From a virus, in IMG/VR virus record IMGVR_UViG_3300028534_000013, positions 57,868 through 121,867 of that record: 64,000 nt of DNA, one strand, 5' to 3'. Positions 56,925 to 64,000 of the stretch are shown in pieces. Position numbers and translations under genes: made by a program. Each line of letters begins with the position of its first letter. The stretch's first letter is position 1. The notes beneath the pieces were generated by a model. The model was not told the origin of the DNA. It saw only the letters and a program-made list of their open reading frames with translations, and searched no databases.

Positions 56925-57262
56925 CTATGGGAAGGAAAACCCAAAAAACCCGTTTATGTGAGGTCGTTAAACATTTGGTAAGAAAAAGGTTATCGTCTTT
57001 CCGATGCGGGTAGGAAAGAGAATGAACGTTGTAATAATTCCCGTCTGCTATGCGGCAGCAGAGTGTAGAAGAGGTGCCTAGGTTTCCTCGGTTAGTTAGG
57101 CTGCACAGATGTTTATATTTAATAAGAAACCGAGGGTTAAATATATTTTAAAATATCTCTCCTGCCGCCATTGAGGGCACACATCAATGAGGAGAGACAA
57201 GGAGTTTATTATGTTAGCTACAGGGAGAAAGGGAGTGTGCATTTCCCCTTTCATTAGCACCT
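56925..57262 (+). ncRNA. About 340-nt densely base-paired region, possibly with a 24-aa ORF (57211-57285)
   Basis: At least six stems, including long-range AGGTGC/GCACCT pairing and a pseudoknot (see findings). Confidence 0.4.
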
Positions 57263-57292
57263 GTTTATTTTTTTGCTTACCTTAAAAGCAAC

Positions 57293-60200
57293 CTATTTCT
57301 TTTTCATCCCGTTTGGATATTTTGTCGCATGATAGAATCCTACATAAGGGTCAAGGTCTATTTTCATTTGTAAATTTTCATTGTTTCTGGCACCAAAAAG
57401 CTGTTTTGATGCAAGCATTTTATTTTTCACATCATCAATCGCTTTTTGAGTTAATGGTGCATGAATTGCCAATTGGTCACCGTCATAATCTGCGTTTTGC
57501 GGATTTTCGTGTAACGGGGAAATCCTCATAGCATTATCAGGACTAATCTTTGCGTATGCTCCAATCATGTTATGTTTGTGTAATGTAGGAGCTCTGTTTA
57601 TAACAACAGGTACCTCTTTCATTGTGTCTTCAAGAAATCTTTTTGCTGTATGCGTTCTTTCCTCTAAATGTTTTTGTATATCAGTAGAACTAAGACCGGC
57701 TTGTGACATTTTTCTTGTTACATGCGGTTCGAAAATCTTCCATGCAACTTCTTTAGGCAGCTCTACCTGGTCCATAGGCAAATATTTTTCTTTAGGAATA
57801 ATGACTGCTCTTCCGGATGTAAACACTTTGTTTTGTAATACGTTTTGTTGCCATAAACTTTCTTTAGGTTTTTTGCCAGCTATAATTTCCTGAACAGATT
57901 TAACACCTTTTCTTTTTAATACAGGGTCAGGGGAATCGTTAACTCCATACATTGCTCCTACGTGTTTTTGTAGTTCCGTTTTTAACTTGCCCGTTATAGG
58001 GTGGTTATCGCCAAATTCTTTTTTTGCTTCCTTTAAGGCGTTAGCGGCACTAATTATGGTTGAATAATGATTGTTTATATCGTGGTCAACCACTGTTCCG
58101 TTAGGCAATTTGCTTACCGGCCTATATTTAGTTGGAATTACAGGTATTTTGCTTATAAAAGCTACGTCTTTTAAGTGCATATCATTTTCTTTAAGTTTTT
58201 TTATAGCTTTTACAACTCTCACCCCCTGGTTTATTTTGTTAGGGTCATTTGTTTTTTTAATAGCCTGTTTGTATGTTTTTTCTACAGTGTTAAGATTTAC
58301 TTTGTTTAACTGTTTTTCTATTTCAGAAATTTTTCCTTCTTCTATTTTTTTATCCAATTGTTTTTCCGACATTCCAAGCACTTTGGCTACTATAGGCTTA
58401 TAGTTTGGATTAATTATTTTGTCGCCCAGTTCTATATGTCCATAATAGTTTCCATCACCCCCGAATATTTTAGGGTCATAAAAACCGTGAGGCACTTCGT
58501 TTAAAGTCCCATGTTTTAAACCAAAAGGAGACTTAACCTCACCATTGGACATTTTTTTAATATCTTTATCGGTCATAGGGACTACTTTTATTTTATCTCC
58601 TTCTTCCACTACATTCATATGCATTTGATGTAAAAGAGATTTGAACTTTTTAAGTGATGTTTTTTCTTCGGGCATAGGTAGAATGCTGTCTCCTCTCATA
58701 AAAGCATTGAACCAATCTCTGTTTTTTTGAGACCTTATTTTAAAAGTTTCCCTTAAGAAATCTTTTGCTCCGTGGGCGAGAAGCGCATTGACTTCCATGT
58801 TTGAAATAGAGCTTGCAGAAGTTTTACCGCCTTTTTTAGGCTGGTCCAATCCGTCTGTTGCCCCGTATCCTACTGCGCTCCAAGCACTGTCCCCTTGTTT
58901 AAATAATTTTTGAACATGATAGTTGCCTATAAAAACAGGGTTTTTTAAATAGGTTTTTCTAACTGGGTCATAAACCTTGTGATACAGTTTTACACCATGT
59001 TTTTCGGCCTCTTTTTTTGCAAATTCAGCAAGATTTTCATCCGTAAAATGAGGAATAACATACTGTTTTCCGGTCTTTTCTGAAACAGCTCCCAAGGTAG
59101 CCTCTATAATCTGCGCCGGATTTTGTCTTGATGCTACACCTGCACCGCCCATTATTACATCTATCGGTTTACCGTGTTCATCGTGAGGCATTTCTTTATC
59201 AGGTATAATTTTAGAAATTATCCCTTTATTACCTGAACGTCCGGCAATTTTATCTCCCACTTTTAAAGGAGCTTTGTATGTAAGTATCATTCTCACTTTA
59301 CTTCTGCTGTCGTCTATTTTGTCTAACTTTGTAGGATAATCGTACTTCCATTCTTCCATAAAAGGAGCATATCCTCCATATAACAGTTTTTTTACTTTTT
59401 CATTTGAAAATTTAACTTCATTTTCGTCTAGTTTTTTTACGCCCAAATAAACAGGTTCTCCTTTATGTAAATGGACGCCAGGTTTTAAAAAACCTTTTTC
59501 ATCATATTTGTTCAAATCTATTTTTTTGGCTATATCCGGAAACAGGTTTACAAACTTTTGCTTATTGAATTCTATGTTTTTATCTTTATCAATGTCTTTT
59601 TTGTGATAATGTAAAGATGTCATTTTTTTGGCGGCACTTTCACTAACTACAAAAGCGTCATTTCTTGTCCCGGGATACATCATAAAACCTACTCTTAAGT
59701 TTTTACCTAAAGCATATTGACCGTCTTTTGTATAGTTGCTGTCTGCAAGATGTTGTCCTGCTTTCACTTTATCTCCAACTTTAACGGTTGGGTAATGTTT
59801 GATATATGTTTTAGTGTTAAGAGGGGTTTTGTATGCTGAATAAGGAACCTTGTGTGTTTTTCCATCTTTATCCTTAACGTAAATCATGCCTTCTTTTTTG
59901 TCCATTTTTACAATTGTTCCGTCAACCGGAGCAACAGGGAGATGTTGTTTCGCATACTCAGTAAGAGGAACGTTTCCTTTGCTGTCTCCTATTACAACAT
60001 GTGGCCTATCTCTTTCGGCAAGAGGGAGTGCCTGTAAAATATGTTTTGAGGCCATTAGATTTCTGGTAGGGTCATTGCTGCTTAGCGCTCCCAATGAGTT
60101 CATTGCAGGACCAAACATTAACGATGCATCAGGAATCTGATAATCAGCCTGATGTATTTTGCCTTCAAACAAATTGTTTCCATGTCTTATCCCAACAGTT

Positions 60201-61549
60201 CCTTTTTTGTCCACATCAGGAAAAGCTACTTTTTTGTCCCATAAATCTTTTAATCTTTTTACTTCAAGCTTCCCTGTTTTCAGATTTTTTACTAACATTG
60301 CGGGATTGTTGTGTTTATCTACATATGCGTTTTCGGTTAAAGACAATGTTATGCCGGTATTAGACCCTTCTGGAGATTTAATCGGGTCTATATATCCTAA
60401 TTGTGACAAATGCAACCCTCTCATTGATGGAGTTATCACTTCACTTGATTTAACCCCTCCTTCACCCAATGGTGTTACGTCTGCGTTTATTTGCTGAATC
60501 TGTAAAGGGTTATATCCTTCCGGCATTCTTGAAATAGCAGACGTTGTTACGAAATTTTTACTGGCTTTATTTAAAAGAGGTTCATTCCATACATGTTCCA
60601 CTTTTGCTGGATTAAAACTGTTAAGTGGAGCTCTTTTTTTCCATATCTCTTTGTTTAGATTTCTTTTAACGCCTTCAACAATCAAATCTTCGGGCTTCAT
60701 TACTTTTTTATAAATTAAATTTTCCTTATCGTCAGCCTCAGCTTCACCCCTTTTAACTTTTACCACTTTTTTTGTAGCCGCCAATAATGCATCTTTATTT
60801 ACATGGTCAGTATTAACACCTAAAGTGTGTTTGGTTGCCTCCGGGTCTAGCTTTCCGCTTTGAATAGCTTCTTTTAATTGCGCCATTCCTTCAGGCGTAT
60901 TAGCTTTATCAGCTGAAACAACACCGGTTACTTCGGCTAATGATTTTAAAGTTTTATTCAAGTCGCTTTTTGATTTAGTCAAAACGTACAGCTTATCACC
61001 TAATTTTTTCTTAATTTCATCATCGGACGCTCCAAGTAATTTATAGATATCATAAGCGTTATATTTTCTGCTGCCTACTTCCACCCATAAATCATCCTTA
61101 GATTGAGGTGTAACTACTTTCATACTTTGACCGCCCGCTGTATTAAACATTGTTTCAACGTTTCCGTTATTTTTAACCATCGTGTATCCGGACGGCTTCA
61201 ATCTAAATTGATGAGGAATAACATAATGTGACCCTTCCACTAAATATGTCCCCAGTTTGTTTTTATATGGTATAGAGCCGACATACACTTTTTTTTCATC
61301 TTCCACTTTTCCAGTATGTTTGTTTACTACTTTAGCTGTGGCATATACTTTTGTGTGAACCGATTTTTTCTTTTTTAGCGCTTCCTGCATGGAGTGCCAA
61401 TCATCTTTAGGGTCTTTAAATTCTATGTTTTCAAAATGTAAAACTTTATGTGCCCCGCTAATAGGATTATTTTCTAGGTGTTCTTTTATTTTTTGTTTTA
61501 TATCTTCATTGTGTTTCTCAGGGCTAGTTATAAGTTTTTTAAATTCCAT
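57293..61549 (-). CDS. rpoB: Fused RNA polymerase beta plus beta-prime N-terminal (catalytic) half
   Basis: Beta motifs GSIPY...GTYLVEG, YIDPIKSPEGSNTG, DPTRNLMAS..LQALPL, GDKIAGRSGNKG, SRQNPAQIIE, GG...SNMEVNAL; then beta-prime motifs GFYDPKIFG, GHIEL, IPVIPTKYRP, SGRAVI, NRAPTLH and NADYDGDQ. Confidence 0.95.
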   Translation of the reverse strand: MEFKKLITSPEKHNEDIKQKIKEHLENNPISGAHKVLHFENIEFKDPKDDWHSMQEALKKKKSVHTKVYATAKVVNKHTGKVEDEKKVYVGSIPYKNKLGTYLVEGSHYVIPHQFRLKPSGYTMVKNNGNVETMFNTAGGQSMKVVTPQSKDDLWVEVGSRKYNAYDIYKLLGASDDEIKKKLGDKLYVLTKSKSDLNKTLKSLAEVTGVVSADKANTPEGMAQLKEAIQSGKLDPEATKHTLGVNTDHVNKDALLAATKKVVKVKRGEAEADDKENLIYKKVMKPEDLIVEGVKRNLNKEIWKKRAPLNSFNPAKVEHVWNEPLLNKASKNFVTTSAISRMPEGYNPLQIQQINADVTPLGEGGVKSSEVITPSMRGLHLSQLGYIDPIKSPEGSNTGITLSLTENAYVDKHNNPAMLVKNLKTGKLEVKRLKDLWDKKVAFPDVDKKGTVGIRHGNNLFEGKIHQADYQIPDASLMFGPAMNSLGALSSNDPTRNLMASKHILQALPLAERDRPHVVIGDSKGNVPLTEYAKQHLPVAPVDGTIVKMDKKEGMIYVKDKDGKTHKVPYSAYKTPLNTKTYIKHYPTVKVGDKVKAGQHLADSNYTKDGQYALGKNLRVGFMMYPGTRNDAFVVSESAAKKMTSLHYHKKDIDKDKNIEFNKQKFVNLFPDIAKKIDLNKYDEKGFLKPGVHLHKGEPVYLGVKKLDENEVKFSNEKVKKLLYGGYAPFMEEWKYDYPTKLDKIDDSRSKVRMILTYKAPLKVGDKIAGRSGNKGIISKIIPDKEMPHDEHGKPIDVIMGGAGVASRQNPAQIIEATLGAVSEKTGKQYVIPHFTDENLAEFAKKEAEKHGVKLYHKVYDPVRKTYLKNPVFIGNYHVQKLFKQGDSAWSAVGYGATDGLDQPKKGGKTSASSISNMEVNALLAHGAKDFLRETFKIRSQKNRDWFNAFMRGDSILPMPEEKTSLKKFKSLLHQMHMNVVEEGDKIKVVPMTDKDIKKMSNGEVKSPFGLKHGTLNEVPHGFYDPKIFGGDGNYYGHIELGDKIINPNYKPIVAKVLGMSEKQLDKKIEEGKISEIEKQLNKVNLNTVEKTYKQAIKKTNDPNKINQGVRVVKAIKKLKENDMHLKDVAFISKIPVIPTKYRPVSKLPNGTVVDHDINNHYSTIISAANALKEAKKEFGDNHPITGKLKTELQKHVGAMYGVNDSPDPVLKRKGVKSVQEIIAGKKPKESLWQQNVLQNKVFTSGRAVIIPKEKYLPMDQVELPKEVAWKIFEPHVTRKMSQAGLSSTDIQKHLEERTHTAKRFLEDTMKEVPVVINRAPTLHKHNMIGAYAKISPDNAMRISPLHENPQNADYDGDQLAIHAPLTQKAIDDVKNKMLASKQLFGARNNENLQMKIDLDPYVGFYHATKYPNGMKKK

Positions 61550-61559
61550 GTCGGTCCTT

Positions 61560-62156
61560 CTATAGGGTATATGTTTTAATTTGTTTTGTAGAATCTACGA
61601 CTCTTGCCGATTGCCAGTTAATACTATCTGTTTCCGTAATTTTTAAACCAATAAGGTCTTTACTTTTAACTTTATCATAATAACCGGTTACCTCTAATAT
61701 TAACGATGGAATAGGAGCTTTTGCTACCGCTTTGGGCTCTCCTGATATTGGTATAAAAAACATTGGTTCATACACCATCGTTTTGTTTTGATATGTGATA
61801 AGTTGAGCGTCAGGAGCTTGAATGCCGGCTTCTGTTTTGTTTATTTTCCCTGGTTTTTCTATTTTCACATACGCAGTTGTGTAAAAAGTATAGGGAATGC
61901 CTTTTATGCTTTCCTGCCCTTCCATAATAATAGTTCCGTTGTCGTCAACATCTCCAGAGCTACCGTCGCTCGAACCAGTTGAGCTTCCACTTCCTGAGCT
62001 ACTATCTGTTGAAGCTGGAGCGCTTCTCTCTACATTATCAGTTATAACTGTTGTAGTTGTTTTTATTGCTACAGGTATTCTGTATAGTTCCCCGCTTAAT
62101 GTCATAAATCTGGCCGCAATCAACTCTTTAGATGTTGATTTTTTAATTATACTCAT
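61560..62156 (-). CDS. Hypothetical protein with Ser/Gly linker
   Basis: 198 aa; SSSGSGSSTGSSDGSSGD. Confidence 0.7.
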   Translation of the reverse strand: MSIIKKSTSKELIAARFMTLSGELYRIPVAIKTTTTVITDNVERSAPASTDSSSGSGSSTGSSDGSSGDVDDNGTIIMEGQESIKGIPYTFYTTAYVKIEKPGKINKTEAGIQAPDAQLITYQNKTMVYEPMFFIPISGEPKAVAKAPIPSLILEVTGYYDKVKSKDLIGLKITETDSINWQSARVVDSTKQIKTYTL

Positions 62157-62599
62157 TAATAGTTTCCTTCAAAATCGTAAGAGTTTGAACTTACTTCTCC
62201 CCACATCTCTTTATAATAATTAGCAGCTGTTATAGACTGAAATATCTCCATCGCTTTTTGTTTATATGTGTTTGCTAAACTCAAATATTGACTTGCTTTG
62301 TTTGAATAGTCAATATTTCCGACATTGTCGTCGTTAATTTGCATTTGGTTTCTATTTTCCTGATTAGCAACCGCTTCAAGTAAGTACGATATAACCATAA
62401 AATGGATAGCCACCACAGGAATTCTATCAAAAGTGGCTAACGCAGGGTATCTAGCAAACGCTTCATCTTCCGCATCCTGAGCAGCATCAAATATTTCACT
62501 ATCTTCGAACTGCTCTTCGTATGACAATATAACATTCAACTCGTCAACATCTCTTATCATCTGCCTAACCCTTTCCGGGTTAACTAAATCTACAAACAT
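62156..62599 (-). CDS. Putative head-tail adaptor/neck protein
   Basis: Helical 147 aa; ENRNQMQINDDNVG.IDYSNKASQY pattern. Confidence 0.5.
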   Translation of the reverse strand: MFVDLVNPERVRQMIRDVDELNVILSYEEQFEDSEIFDAAQDAEDEAFARYPALATFDRIPVVAIHFMVISYLLEAVANQENRNQMQINDDNVGNIDYSNKASQYLSLANTYKQKAMEIFQSITAANYYKEMWGEVSSNSYDFEGNY

Positions 62600-62608
62600 T
62601 TTGTGCCT

Positions 62609-62974
62609 TTACTGATTATTTTGATTGTTGTTTCTCCCGAACATTAAATGGCCTGCTCCATATGTTGCCAAACCTCCTACGGCCAATCTTCCAGCTCCTC
62701 TTGCAGTAGCCATATTACCTCGTAACAATTTACCTTTATTGTTTCCGTAATTAAATCCCATTCTCATATTTTTGCCTATTTGCTTAGAAAAACTTAAGCC
62801 TTTTTTTAAAGCTGTTTCACCCTCGGCTTTTGCTAAATTTGCACCAAAATTTCCAACAGTTTGAAGCGCAGCATTCCCTGAATTTAACAATCCTTTACCC
62901 ACATTTAACATGGTCCCAAAAATACCAGCTTCTTTATCTTCAATATACATTTCAGCTATTTTTTCTAACGCCAT
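62609..62974 (-). CDS. K-x-A protein with Gly-rich amphipathic body
   Basis: MALEKIAEMYIEDKEAGIFGTMLNVGKGLL...GRLAVGGLATYGAG. Confidence 0.7.
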   Translation of the reverse strand: MALEKIAEMYIEDKEAGIFGTMLNVGKGLLNSGNAALQTVGNFGANLAKAEGETALKKGLSFSKQIGKNMRMGFNYGNNKGKLLRGNMATARGAGRLAVGGLATYGAGHLMFGRNNNQNNQ

Positions 62975-63006
62975 ATTACTTCCTTTTTTTTAATTATTAT
63001 ACCTTA

Positions 63007-63579
63007 TTATTGCTCTTTTGTCATATATGTAACGATAGCTTCTTTGCCAGTTAAATCATCTGTTGCCCCTAAATCTATTGTGTTTCCGTCTATTGTTACC
63101 ACAAACTCATCAAACACATTATTGTCTTCATCTACTTTTACTAAAGCAATGTTGTTAATAATATCTCCTTCCGGCCTATCATCAAGTTCTATTTTAGAAC
63201 CGTTTATAATAGTTTTAATTACAGTTTTTATTTTATATGCACCAAAAGCAAAATAACTCCTTAACGCAGTTACAATATTAGATATATTATCTGTAAAAAC
63301 ACTCATAAAATTAGACCTGGTGACAATTCCTTGCGGAATAATGTCATATCTGTTTTTAGATAGGCGGTAAACAGATTTAGCTTGATTTGAATAGTACAAA
63401 TAGTATTCTCCACTTCTTGAGTCAAACACGGCAGCATATCCGAGTAACGTACTTCCGTCATCCGTGTCTGTATTATATATATTATTAAACATTCTGTTTA
63501 AAAAATTAACAATATCTTGATAAGTTGCTGTTGACTGCTCCCTCACAAGAACATCAACTTTTTTTAATTTATACCCCAT
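63007..63579 (-). CDS. Hypothetical structural protein
   Basis: 190 aa; GGAG RBS; TAGTATAAT promoter at 63610-63618. Confidence 0.65.
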   Translation of the reverse strand: MGYKLKKVDVLVREQSTATYQDIVNFLNRMFNNIYNTDTDDGSTLLGYAAVFDSRSGEYYLYYSNQAKSVYRLSKNRYDIIPQGIVTRSNFMSVFTDNISNIVTALRSYFAFGAYKIKTVIKTIINGSKIELDDRPEGDIINNIALVKVDEDNNVFDEFVVTIDGNTIDLGATDDLTGKEAIVTYMTKEQ

Positions 63580-63697
63580 ATCGTCTCCAAGAAAATATTA
63601 TTTAGCTAAATTATACTAAAAAAGACCAAAAAATCAAACAAATATTTGACTGAACTCCCTTTTTTTGTTATTATATGTAATAAAAAAACAAAAAGGA

Positions 63698-63976
63698 GAC
63701 ATCGTGAAATACGAACAGCTTATCGCAGAAGTAGCTAAAAAAACAAACAACACTAACAGTTACGTAAAAGAAGTGCTTAATGCGTTTCAAGAAATTATCG
63801 TAAAACAAGTTAAAAATGGCGAAAAAATCAGACTTCCTAAACTGGGAACTTTTGAAAAAGTAGAAAGAGCGCCAAAAATTACAATTCTTAAGGATAAAAC
63901 TTATAACGTCCCTAAAAGAGCGGCTCTCAAATTTACTGCTACAGCACCAGTAAAAAGACTTTTCAGGGGTGAATAA
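63698..63976 (+). CDS. HU/IHF-like DNA-binding protein
   Basis: LIAEVAKK...GEKIRLPKLGTFEKVERAPK...VPKR..LKFTA; likely start GTG at 63704 after AAAAGGAG (track ORF 63665-63976). Confidence 0.9.
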   Translation, partial: DIVKYEQLIAEVAKKTNNTNSYVKEVLNAFQEIIVKQVKNGEKIRLPKLGTFEKVERAPKITILKDKTYNVPKRAALKFTATAPVKRLFRGE

Positions 63977-63993
63977 CCTCTTTTCTTTTTTTT
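63965..63993 (+). terminator. Weak intrinsic terminator after the HU gene
   Basis: AGGGG/CCTCT stem followed by a T-run. Confidence 0.4.
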
Positions 63994-64000
63994 AATTCAA

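Noticed and set aside
57330-57338. TGATAGAAT on the plus strand as an antisense promoter into the RNAP gene
   Set aside because: It lies in coding sequence with only weak upstream T-tracts and is likely by chance in AT-rich DNA; needs TSS data.
584-63256. Many short opposite-strand track ORFs (e.g. 584-931, 1419-1805, 12911-13279, 25681-26175, 39243-39692, 56508-56834, 58071-58403, 61897-62223)
   Set aside because: They lie antisense within well-supported genes, are Ser/Phe/Leu/Ile-rich as expected for shadows, and lack RBSs.
1-64000. Stop-codon reassignment, tRNA genes, introns/inteins, reverse transcriptase/DGR
   Set aside because: Long ORFs tile the window under the standard code with TAA, TAG and TGA all used as stops. 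I saw no T-loop/cloverleaf, intein, group I/II or RT motifs by eye.

Overview
An AT-rich, densely coding 64-kb segment of a large tailed dsDNA phage (jumbo, myovirus-like gene content) read with the standard genetic code. The host is diderm (spanin pair) and is inferred to be Campylobacterota, from TGnTAnAAT promoters with upstream T-tracts and no -35 box, and AAGGA ribosome-binding sites. Contents: (i) a phage multisubunit RNA polymerase split in an unusual way (beta fused to the catalytic N-half of beta-prime at 57293-61549; beta-prime C-half 53 kb away at 2938-4680) plus a sigma-like gene, all inside virion-gene operons; (ii) a prohead protease and about 10 proteins strongly enriched in a K-x-A motif, a candidate head-sorting/cleavage signal; (iii) tail, baseplate and neck genes, a tape-measure-like gene, GroES, a tail chaperone with a GGGTTTT -1 frameshift, and large adhesins (LamG, PA14, beta-helix, RCC1-like); (iv) GGDEF, HNH, VRR-NUC, GapR-like, HU, spanins and a signal-peptide transglycosylase; (v) an accessory region at 51.3-57.3 kb whose gene cassettes share a phage-specific 20-nt promoter motif and a near-identical RBS module. 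It encodes a radical SAM enzyme, a TM-SAVED-like protein, a permuted DHH protein and an NLTPH (Crn4-like) protein, holds several structured intergenic RNAs, and carries a solo TnpB element inserted between a gene and its promoter. All family assignments come from motif recognition by eye; no searches were run.
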